Positions 23,595 to 34,568 of a DNA stretch of 38,449 nucleotides are shown here, one piece after another; the stretch's first letter is position 1, and each line of letters begins with the position of its first letter. A program made the position numbers and the translations under genes. Source of the stretch: Thelocarpon superellum (lineage: Eukaryota); the NCBI GenBank assembly GCA_026025795.1, contig JAPEUG010000137.1, positions 1 through 38,449 of the forward strand, in the 5' to 3' direction. The notes below the pieces were generated by a model. That model saw only the letters and a program-made list of their open reading frames with translations, searched no databases and was not told the DNA's origin.

Positions 23595-25322
23595 ATGGCC
23601 GCGGCGCTCGCCGACCAATTGAAGGACACCAAGCTTGGGTAGGCTCCTCCGCATGCCCTCACTCCCCGGCATGCACGGTCGCTGATCATGGCAGGGAGGG
23701 TGATGGGGCATCACCCCACTGGAAGGACAAGCTCAAGGCCCCCAAGAAGGATACCCGGGTCCAGACCGAGGTCCGCTCGTGCCCCACATATGGCCTCGCG
23801 GCCCACGTAGACACTGACGCTTGGATAGGATGTTACCGCCACCAAAGGCCTCGATTTCGAAGAGTTCTATCTCAGCCGCGAGCTCATGATGGGCATCTTC
23901 GAGGCCGGCTTTGAGAAGCCCTCGCCCATCCAAGAGGAAGCGATCCCAGTCGCCCTGACGGGCCGCGATATCTTGGCCCGCGCCAAGAACGGCACCGGCA
24001 AGACGGCCGCCTTTGTCATCCCCTGCCTCGAGCGCATCAATCCCAAGATTCCCAAGACCCAGGCGCTGCTGCTGGTGCCCACGCGCGAGCTGGCGCTGCA
24101 GACATCGCAGGTGTGCAAGACCCTCGGCAAGCACCTGGGCGTCAATGTCATGGTCACCACCGGTGGCACCGGCCTCAAGGACGACATCATGCGCCTGAAC
24201 GAGGCCGTCCACATCATCGTCGGCACGCCCGGCCGCATTCTGGATCTGGCCGGGAAAGGCGTGGCCGACCTAAGCGAGTGCCCCATCTTCGTCATGGACG
24301 AGGCCGACAAGCTGTTGTCGCCCGAGTTCACCCCCATCATCGAGCAGTTGCTGCAATTCCTGCCCAAGGATCGCCAGGTCATGCTCTTCAGCGCCACCTT
24401 TCCGCTCATCGTCAAGAGCTTCAAGGACAAGAACATGAAGTCGCCCTACGAGATCAACCTCATGGACGAGCTCACCCTGCGCGGCGTCACCCAGTACTAC
24501 GCCTTTGTCGAGGAGAAGCAGAAGGTGCACTGCCTCAACACCCTCTTCTCCAAGCTACAGATCAACCAGTCCATCATCTTCTGCAATTCCACCAACCGCG
24601 TCGAGCTTCTTGCCAAGAAGATCACCGAGCTGGGCTACTCGTGCTTCTACAGCCACGCCAAGATGGTCCAGCAGAGCCGCAACCGTGTTTTCCACGACTT
24701 CCGCAACGGCGTGTGCCGTAATCTCGTCTGTTCCGATCTGCTCACTCGTGGGATTGACATCCAGGCGGTCAACGTCGTCATCAACTTTGACTTTCCTAAG
24801 AACGCCGAGACCTATCTCCATCGGATCGGTCGGTCCGGTCGCTTTGGTCACTTGGGTCTAGCTATCAACCTGATCAACTGGGACGACCGCTTCAACCTCT
24901 ACAAGATCGAGCAGGAGCTGGGCACCGAGATTCAGCCCATCCCGCAGGCCATCGATAAGAAGCTGTACGTGTACGAGTCGCCCGAAAAGATTCCCCGACC
25001 CATCAGCAACACGGGCGGCGGCCGATCCCACGGCGGCGAAGGGAGACCCGCCGGCACCGCGCACCCTCGTTCGTCCAACGGCGCCCCGCGAGCCCGCTCC
25101 AACGGGCAAGGGCAAGCCCCCATGGGTTCTGGCCCAGCACCCCCGTCGCAGCGACAACCGCAGCGGCCGCGCGGGCAAGGCCAGGGTCAGGGTCAGGGTC
25201 CGGGTCAAGGTCATTTCCAGGCTTCACGCCGGGGAGCGCCACGACTTCAAGGGCCGCCCGGACGAGCCAACGGTCACGCGACCGGTCCGGATGGGACGAC
25301 CGCGCCCGGTGCGCCCAACTAG
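23595..25322 (+). CDS. DHH1: DEAD-box RNA helicase Dhh1 (DDX6), decapping activator. Introns 23639-23694 and 23771-23828
   Basis: Motifs [50 protein letters not shown] and [10 protein letters not shown], with a G/Q/R-rich disordered tail. Confidence 0.97.
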
Positions 25323-26826
25323 TCCGCCCCGTCCCAAGGCGACGGGCGGGCTGGTGGAGCGGTGGTGGGTATGAGCATGGGTTGGCGCTGGCAGAAGAAT
25401 TTGATCATGTCGGTTCGGTACGGGATCGATTCCATTGAGGTCATGTGTGCTCGGGATTTTTCCGTCGAGATGATTGCCATTGAGAGACGTCGTGGTTGGG
25501 TGCTATGCATGTGACCATGGACGTTACGGTGACGTTCCGAATTTCCTTCTCCCCCAACCCCACCGGCGTCCACACCATCGGGACTAGCCGGTGTGGGGTG
25601 GGGGTCGGTCAAGGCGTCGTGATTGCTTTGATCTGTACTATACCGTGCGGTTCCGCCGTTTCCCTTGTTCCTTTTCCCTTTTTCCCTTTCTCCTTCGCCT
25701 CTCCCCTTTCTTTCCATCCGTCTCTGGCGTCTGCGTGGTGGGTTCGATCAGCGAGAAGACTTTCGTCCAAGGGCCCAAGCGGGTCTACGAGTCGTCTGGT
25801 GGTCATACTGTCACCACGACGGACGATGCATTTCCGCGATGGATCTTTTCAGCGGTGGATATTGGGGGAGTGGAGGCGTTTTGGTGCTGTGATTATTGTT
25901 CACGAGCGATACGGCGGGTGAGGGGAGAGAAGGAGCGACGGATGAGGAGCGACCGAGGAAGAGTGAATGAGCGACTTAGTGATTGAGCAAAAGACCTAGG
26001 AGGGTTGTTGAGGAAAGAAGAGATGAGAGTTGGGACAAGCGACAAGGGATGGACCATGATGAGGCCATACCAAGGCTATCCCTCGTCGACCACCATCCAC
26101 CAGCACCTACCGACCGAACGAGTCAGCAGCACGAGAGACAATGACCGCTCTCAGCGTCGACCAGACTCGTCATCACCACACGACATTAAAACACACCACC
26201 ACGCGAGGTACTCCTCCCATCTTATCGACATGACCTCCACGCGCGACCGAAGTTCCCTCTCGACCAAGATGTGCCAAGGACGAAGGGTATCACGCAACCC
26301 CAAAAGCCAGGAAAAAAAAGTAAGAGGAAGCAGCGGCGGTAGACGGGGATCTCATCCCTTGACCGGGCCTGGAAGTCTCGGACTCCGACTCCGGCTCCGA
26401 CTCCCCACGATGTCCTCATCTTCGCCGCGCTGACCGTTCGTCTCATTTCCGACCCGACCCTTCACCTCCTAGTCGAACCACTCATTGAAAGACGAGGGCG
26501 ATGGAGGAGGGCTAGTCAGAACATGCCTGAGGAAGCACGATACGCAGTCAAGGTCAACTGCATGATTGATCTCTTGGAGAGACAAACAAGCACGCGATCA
26601 AGATAGTTGGAAGGACACGTATCGTAGCTTGTCAGAATGAAAACGGACGTTTCCTCTGCGTTGCTCTCCTCTTGACTCTACCGCCGGATGTCATATATCG
26701 GTATGGGAGAGATGACGATGAAGATGAAGAAACATTGAGGGCACGACACGCCATGGAAGCACAATTCGGACAGGGTAAGCAAGCAAGCAAGGAAAATATA
26801 AGTGAACGCGTACGCTCAAGCGCAAC

Positions 26827-28087
26827 CTAACAAGAGGAGGTGGAAGAAGAGGAAGGCGGATCGGTAAGCAAGACGTAAGAGACGGGGATACTCTTGGTTC
26901 GGGCCACCGTGCCGTCGGCGGATTTGGTTATGACCCAGATATTCTGCTCTCCCGTGCTTCCGTATCCCTGTCTTCTTCCTCCCTGTCCTCCCTGCCCTCC
27001 CTGTATCTCTTCATTTGTCGAGGATACGGGGATGAATATCCTGTTGTTTACTCTTTTTCAGTATTTGCTCACCGCCACTATGTTGTTGAAGGATGGATAG
27101 ATAGTGGAAGAGGAGAGAAGAGGAGCAACAGTGGTAGAGCTTACCGCCCAGGAGCTTTCAACTGCTCAATCAATACCGGATGCATCATTGCTGCCGCGGC
27201 GCCCACGTGAATAGCGTCATATGGTCCTACGGTCCACATATCAGCTCAGCCTGGGCTTCCTGTCTTCACAACGACCATGGTTAACGTCTTCACGGTAACC
27301 ACGGCAATCACGTATACCTGGCAGTAGGGCAAAGAGAGGGGGTTCGAGCGCAGCGAGAGGGAAGATCAACAGAGTACCTCGAGGGGAATACCCCAGTCTT
27401 CCATCGGCTTTGACAAACTTGACACGCCCTTCGTCCAGCAAGGCACGGCCCTCTGGGCTCTTGCGGACATTGGATTCGGCCAGGTCCACGAGTTCCTGGA
27501 TATGATCGACGCCCACCACGGAGCCATGGGGCGCCACGAGGTTGGCCAGCACGTGCGTCAGGTAGCCTGATCCGGAGCCGATGTCGAGGACGTTGGATGT
27601 GGGCGTGAGGTATGGGAGGAGGGATTCGCATGCCTTCGCGGGAGCAGAGATGGTGGTTAGTGACTGGCTCTGAGTAGAACATTGTTTGTAGAGTGGTAGA
27701 GAGGGGAGAGGAGAGAGGAGAAAAGAACTCCTACAGATGCGTGCATGTGCGGGGCGGAGATCGTGGCGCCGTATCCGATTGTCTGCGGTGCGTCTTGATA
27801 TGCGCCCGTCGGGGCATAATGGGCTCGATCGACCTGGAGGAGGGATACACTTCTTAGTATGAGCGTCTATCGAGAGGAGAGAGCAGGAATAGGGAGACGT
27901 GGAAGGAATCAAGTGAGCGGAGGGGGCGGTCTCGTGTCTAGTGAATGGAATCCGTATGAGCTTCATGTAGGATTGGATCACCCACCCCTAGCATGGCATC
28001 TTTGACTCGACTGGACTTGATCAGATCATTGCTCTTGAGGTTATGGATGAGTCCTGCATTGCTTGAGCCGGAACTTCGCCAGGCCAT
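26827..28087 (-). CDS. PCM1: Protein-L-isoaspartate O-methyltransferase. Introns 27834-27985, 27634-27734, 27227-27377, 27041-27144
   Basis: The spliced product reads MAWRSSG...VDRAHYAP...[10 protein letters not shown]...[12 protein letters not shown] (SAM motif)...DGRLG...[11 protein letters not shown]...[15 protein letters not shown]...VSYVLLTD. Confidence 0.93.
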
Positions 28088-28305
28088 GCTTGTACTGTGC
28101 AGGTGTGGTGGGGTGTGTTGGGGCTGGAGAATGAGACATGGCTGTACGTGGGTCGAGTGGCCAACGTCCCTGTGTCTTACGTGCGATGATGTTGCTACGA
28201 GCTTGATTCTATGATTGTGGATTTGCTCCACCATTTGTTTCCATACAGACCCCCGTTCTATCTGCACATACTCATCACGCCAATCGCGCCTTCGACATGC
28301 TACGT

Positions 28306-29619
28306 TCATATATACCTCTGGTCCGGATCCAACCTGTCCATTGCTTCCATGGATTTCTCATACCTACGTCGATTAGTCACGACCCTTGACATGACGCGAT
28401 ACACTCACATGGTAAAGACAATCCCCCCGCTCAGCTAGATGTCGAGCCGTTAGTAGGAGATCACCAGTCAGGAGGAAGACTCACCGATAATCGAACCAGT
28501 CGTGGTAAGGCTCCCGACCAAAAGGTGAAGATCCCCTCGTCTCGGAAGATCTTGGCCGCACAGGCCAAGGTGCTTTTATATTGCTTGCGTGCTTCGATCG
28601 ATTGCATCCTAAACCCGTCAGCAGTATTCTCGCACATCAAGGCAAGACTCACCGAGTCTTGATCGTGTCCAGCGGTTGTGTGACATAGCTAATTCGTCAG
28701 CGGGACTGTCCCTCGTATGATGGGGAAAATCATACACCGTGATGACGCCCGCCATGGCACCGATGCCAAAGGTACTCAAGGTCCCTAATTTCTCCCCCGG
28801 TGCCACATAGCCCTGTGCCACTTGCTTCAACATCGTATAGCTGCTGAATCTGGTCGCCGAATTCGCCGCTTGTCGGGCCGTGGTGGGTACAAATCCTTGG
28901 AAGAAGCCCCGAATCCCTCGTTCCCGGGCGATGATGGCCGTGCCGTGGAGAAAGCCCCGCATGCGTGGTTTGGCCGATTGTCGGTCGTCGATCCTGCTAC
29001 GTCAACATTGGATCATCGTGGTGTCCATCCCCACATACAGTGTCGTCTTGATGCTCTCGAACGGCGTCACGGCCAACAATGATTCCGTGACCCCCGCTCC
29101 AAATCCTGCAATCACCGTTCTCGGCCCCGAAACCTTGCCCTCGGCATCTTGCAACAGACTCTTGTAGGTGTCAAACGCCACGAACCCTACCCGACGTCAG
29201 CTAGCTCCTCTCAATTTCCTCTCTCCTCGTCCGACTTACGGATGCCCGCTTTGAGAGAGTTCCCAATGATCAATGTCGTGCAGCCGGCATACCAGGCCTT
29301 GCCGAAGGGAGGCCATGGTAGCTTCTCTGCCGTGGGTAGTCGACGATTCAATTGGCTCCGAGTCTTGGCGACTGCGGCGAGAGTTAGGAGATGTAGATTA
29401 AGGAGACGATGTACTCCTTACATTCGGCCGGATATGTGATCGCTATCACGGGTCAGCCTGGCATCGTTGTCAATGTAGACGGGACCCACCAATCTCCACT
29501 GCTCCTGCCGTAGCTCCGGCGATGATTGATCGCAGGGCACTGGGCTGGACATGTCAGAGCAGTCAGGCGCCGTCTGTCATCAGAGTGTAATGTACCTTGT
29601 CCTTCTTTTCCTGCGCCAT
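28306..29619 (-). CDS. CTP1: Mitochondrial citrate/tricarboxylate carrier (SLC25); 10 exons, including 21-nt and 26-nt exons
   Basis: Three carrier signature repeats: ITYPAEFAKTR, VTPFESIKT and TQPLDTIKTR. Also GNSLKAGIRF, RQAANSATRF and FWSGALPRLVRL. Nine GT-AG introns restore the frame. Confidence 0.9.
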
Positions 29620-30060
29620 GCCTCCGGAAGCGCGATGCACTTGTGAGTGCTCGAGGAGGCACGCCGTGTTAGTATGCCGTCACCGATTATCGTGCATGAC
29701 CCCAGGATATCCACGAGTTAGCACGTCGGGAAGTCGGCTACATGGAATACGGGTGCTGCTGCAGGTCTCTTGTCGACTACGGCGGACTAACGACCTACCT
29801 GGACGAAACTCTCCCGTTCGGCAGTCGCGCTCGCCAGTGATCCGATCCGCCAAGATTTCGCCGCTGGCTGATCGAAACTCGCGAGACCCACGACGCACAA
29901 CTTCTCTTCCAATTCTCACCGCCTTCGGTCTTTCAGCGCCTGTCATACATCCATCACTCGGGCACAGCGATTGTGGCGGTGACTGCGCGGTCGTAGTCGA
30001 CCACCGATCTTGCATCGAATCTTTTACCGACGTGGCCCGTGGACCGTGCGGGAAAGTGCC

Positions 30061-31731
30061 ATGGCAGATAGTTTAGAGGTGGGTCATCGATACCCCACTC
30101 CCGCACACGGCCACACCGCTGACGCATTCCCGCCACAGGAACGGCTGAAAAGTCATGCCAAAGCATTCGATGGCCTCTTGTCGCTGATTCCCGCCAAGCT
30201 GTACTATGCCGACGACACCAGTGTGAGTGTGCTCGGACCGTCCGGCACATCCCGCACCACGTCCTGACCGTCCCAGGACCAATGGCAGAAGAAGAAGCAA
30301 ACGAAAGAAGAGGCCCGGCAAGCCAAATTGGCCAAATTGGACCCCGATGCCGCCAAGAGCGCCAAAGATGTGCTGGACGAACGTGCACGCAAGCGAAAGC
30401 GTGACGAGGACGAGGATGGGGCAGGCCTAGATCCCCGCCCAGCCGTCGAGGTCGAGCAGCCCAAGCAAGGCCTGAAGCCCGTCACCAAAAAGCAGAAAAA
30501 GCACATTGAACGCGCGCCGGAGAAAAACGACGGCCCGGGCGCCGATGTGCCGTCCACGGCCCAGGACAAGGCCGACAAGAATAGGGCGAAGAGAGAGCGG
30601 AAAAGGGCCCGGCAAGCGGCCAAGGCCGAGAAGAAGCAACGGCAACGAGCCCGGAAAGAGGAGACGACCAGCACTACAAAGGACGTCGACGAGACGATGG
30701 GCGATGTTGAGTTTGACCCAAACGCCGCCAGTACCTCAGAGATTCCTGTGCCCTCTGCTCCCGCAGACACGATCGCTTCCACCACCGCCACGGCCGATGA
30801 GACAGCCGACACCCCCCGATCTTCCACCCCCCGCTCGGCAGAGCCTGATTCACCGATGTTCGACGGCTCTGCCGCCCAATCCGCCACCTCTTCAACCTCC
30901 TCCATCATCCCCCCAACTACCCGCCCCAAGTTGGAAATGTCGCCGGCCGATGCCGAGGCCCTTCGTCTCCGACTACAAGCACGAATCGAAGTTCTCCGGG
31001 CCAGTCGAAAGGCGGACGGACTGAACGGCGCGCCCGCGCGTAATCGCCAGGAATTGTTAGAAGCACGCCGCAAGAAGGAAGACGAACGTCGGGCGCTGAA
31101 GAAGGAACTCCGCTTGAAGGCCAAGGAACAAGAGAAGGAAGCACGGGAACGCGCCCTGATCGCCAACTCTCCTGACGTCGGCTCACCGCTCCGCATAACG
31201 CCTGCCGCGTCCGACAACTACTTCTCGTTTGGCAAGGTAGCCTTCAGCGACGGCCAGCAGCTGAGCGCCGACCTATCCACCCTACTGGATCCACGCAAGA
31301 TCAAGGGGCCACAAGATCCACTCGGGGCTTTGAAAGCCTCGGACAACAAGCGCGCCCGGCTGGCCGGCTTGGACGAAGGCAAGCGCAAGGACATCGAGGA
31401 GAAAGACGCCTGGCTGAATGCTCGCAAGCGGGCTCACGGCGAGCGGATCCGCGACGACAGCTCGCTGCTCAAGAAGACGCTGAAGCGCAAGGAGAAGGTG
31501 AAGCAGAAGAGCGCGACGGAGTGGAACGAGCGCCTGGACGGCGTGCAGAAGAGCCAGGAGGCACGGCAGCGGAAACGGGAGGACAATCTCCAGAAGCGAC
31601 GCGAGGAGAAGGGCGGCAAGAAGGGGAAGAAGGTGGGGAAGAAGACCAAGCCCAAGCCCAAGCCCAAGAGCAAGAATCGGCCGGGCTTCGAGGGGAGTTT
31701 GCGAGGCAAGGCGAGCCCAGGCCGGAAGTGA
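30061..31731 (+). CDS. RRP14: Ribosome biogenesis protein Rrp14 / SURF6 family. Introns 30079-30138 and 30223-30276
   Basis: N-terminal ERLKSHAKAFDGLLSLIPAKLYY and AKLDPD; SURF6 domain IRDDSSLLKKTLKRKEK...EWNER...REDNL, and RPGFEG. Confidence 0.92.
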
Positions 31732-31960
31732 CGCGCCCTCTTACGTCGTATCTTTACGCGGTACGCATGGGAGGGAGGCGCAGCTAGAGCGTCACGGTCA
31801 CGGCAATCACATCATTACGGCCCTGCAATGATCCGACGTCGGTGGTGTGTAGTACCACCACGTATGTAGAAGGGGCACGGGCTACATTCTCTGTGCATCC
31901 CAATCGTCGCACGTCGGGAGGACTCTTCGACGTCACTTCGCTCTCCCTTGCCATGCCCAT

Positions 31961-32770
31961 CTATCGATATGGCGCATCTGCCCGGGCCGCCGCCGCTAGT
32001 TCCGGCTCCCACTTATCGCCATTGGCCAGCAGTTTCTCCTTGTTGTACAGCAGCTCCTCGCGCGTCTCGGTCGCGTACTCGGCGTTGGGCGCTGGGGTCA
32101 TGGTCAGCGGGGGAGGGTGGGGGACCTGCGTCGGACTGACACTCAACAATCGCATCCACGGGACAGCTCTCCTGGCAGAAGCCGCAGTAGATGCACTTGG
32201 TCATGTCGATGTCATACCGCGTCGTCCGCCGGCTGCCGTCCTCGCGCTCTTCGGCCTCGATCGTGATGGCCTGGGCCGGGCAGATGGCCTCGCACAGCTT
32301 GCACGCGATGCATCGTTCTTCGCCGGATGGGTAGCGGCGCAGGGCGTGCTCGCCTCGGAAGCGGGGCGAGATGGGGCCCTGGTCGGCGTCAGGACGTGGC
32401 GGGACGAAGGTTGGGGGAGGTCCATGGAATGGATCCATCATACCTTCTCAAACGGATAGTAGATGGTGTATGGCGGTCGGAAGAACTGCTCCAACACCAC
32501 GTACATCCCTCGCATGATCTCCGTCATCAGGAAGTATTTGCTGGCTTTGTCCAGGGACGACTCCTTGCTCTCGTTCCATCGCTCCTTGGGTGGTAATCGG
32601 AAGCCGGCCGGTGGCGGCCCACTGGGAGTGGCGGCGCGACATGGGCTGGTCGAGAAGGTGGCGACGTGGGAGAGGGCAGTGGCGGGACGTGCGAATAGGT
32701 ACGCCGTCGGTGGCAATCGCGACATTGTCCGCCTCGCCACGATGGCGGTCAAGGCGCGGGTGGAAGCCAT
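31961..32770 (-). CDS. NDUFS8: NADH:ubiquinone oxidoreductase 23-kDa Fe-S subunit (TYKY/NDUFS8/NuoI). Introns 32379-32443 and 32092-32140
   Basis: Mitochondrial presequence, [21 protein letters not shown], and two 4Fe-4S motifs: [12 protein letters not shown] and [12 protein letters not shown]. Confidence 0.97.
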
Positions 32771-32868
32771 GGTCGATGGATGTGGTGATCCACAGCGCCG
32801 TGGATAATTCCTGCAGTGGTGATGTCGGCGATCCCTCGTCGATGGTCAGTCGCTTCCCGCGCGCCCTG

Positions 32869-33089
32869 ATTGGCTCGTTCCGGCCATGTCTGCCCTTTTC
32901 CCTAATACCGCCGTGCGATCCACTGGCTGCATCGCGGCGTGACCCGGCACATCTCATCTCAGATCAAAGGGATCGATGGACAGCCGACTGTTCAATTGGT
33001 CGAGCAAGCTACTCTCGTACTGTATTGGACCCACTGTGAGTCCAATTCTAACTAATCGAAGAGCATCTCCGTGGATGCTGGACCACGTG
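32869..33089. promoter_or_regulatory. Bidirectional promoter with four CCAAT/ATTGG boxes (32869, 32995, 33024, 33042) and a CACGTG at 33084
   Basis: Motifs read directly between two divergent respiratory genes; CCAAT is the Hap/CBC site. Confidence 0.5.
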
Positions 33090-33247
33090 AGCGTGATGGG
33101 GATGGACATCAGCTAATCCAGCTTCCTTAGCGAACCCTTGTCACCGTAGCAAATTGACCGTCGACTGAGAAACGCGCATCTGCACGTCACGATCAACGAT
33201 CTGGACATCTCTCCTCGCTCTTCCGACCCATCTCATCTTCCCGCACC

Positions 33248-33927
33248 ATGATTCGCGCAGCTCTTCTCCGTTCGGTCCGAGGCGCTGCCCGATCGGCGCT
33301 ATCTAGCCGTCCCCTGGCCGCTCGACATGCCCCCATCCACGCCTCCCTCGGGTCCTCTCCCATGCTCCCAGTCGCATCCTTCCCGCCCGCAAGATGCTAC
33401 TCGGCGCCGGCCGGCTTGGCCAAGCCTGAAGTGGAAGGGCGAATCGTGGACCTCTTGAAGAATTTCGACAAGGTAGGTGCATTGCCTCCAGGAGCGACCT
33501 CGCCGCTGACCGATGACCAGGTGAACGACCCGACCAAGGTATGACGTTATCGCCGCGATGCCGCTGCTCGTTCCACCCTAATGCAGACAGCTCTCGTCGA
33601 CCTCTCACTTCTCCAAGGATCTGGGTCTGGACAGCCTGGACACCGTCGAGGTCGTCATGGCGATTGAAGAAGTGCGAGCTCCCGAGAGTCCTGTTCTGCC
33701 TCGATGCTGATGACCGGGCCAGGAATTCAGCATTGAGATTCCAGATAAGGAGGCGGACGCCATCCATAGCAGTATGTGTGCGCCTTGAGTGGCTAAGGCC
33801 CGAACACCGGCTAACCCGTGCGACAGTTGATAAGGCCGTGGAGTACATCTTGGCCCAACCCGACGGTGTGTCCTACGAGTCTCCGGCGCTACAAATTGAC
33901 TCTCGCTGACCGAATCTAGCTCACTGA
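33248..33927 (+). CDS. ACP1: Mitochondrial acyl carrier protein (NDUFAB1/SDAP). Introns 33473-33520, 33539-33590, 33672-33722, 33772-33826, 33866-33919
   Basis: R/S/A-rich presequence, [26 protein letters not shown] (phosphopantetheine Ser) and a C-terminal QPDAH. Confidence 0.95.
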
Positions 33928-34568
33928 GGATCGGCGAACGACGACGTAGAAGTTGATGGGAGTTTGCATGTCCAGGATCTAGACGCCTCACTCCATTCGT
34001 GTACTTGCACGCTGTGTACTGATATATGGAAATACGCATTTCCAGTCCCCAATGTGTTCATCTTAGCAGGATGCATGTGTCTGGCCGATGGAAAGTCGTG
34101 AATGATGATCGGGTACGTATTTGCAGTGCGTGGAATAGCAGGCAGGGGACAACCGTGTCCGAACCGAAGAATCAGCCCGTAGTTGTGTGCAGTGAGGTCG
34201 GAGGTGCTGGCTTGCGTGGCGGAAAATTAGCGAAGGGCGCCAAGTTTCAACAAGTCCGACCGTGCCTGTCACCCTGTGGCGGAGGGCCAATGAGAGCTTG
34301 ATGGCCTCCAGCAATTGATAACCCCATTGACCTTTTCCTTCCCCACGCGCGCACCCAACGCCAGCATCTTCACCCTCTGATGCACGTTGTTGGTCACCGG
34401 CCTCCGGAATGACCGCTCCGCTGTTCTGACGTCCTCGACGGGATTGGCCACCACGACTGCCGCCGCACCGGCCCACGCTTACCCCGTTTGCATGGTGTAC
34501 GAGGACGCCGCTCGCGATATCCATCATCTCCCGCCGCCGTCGCAACCTCCATCTCGCTAAAGCGCAAC

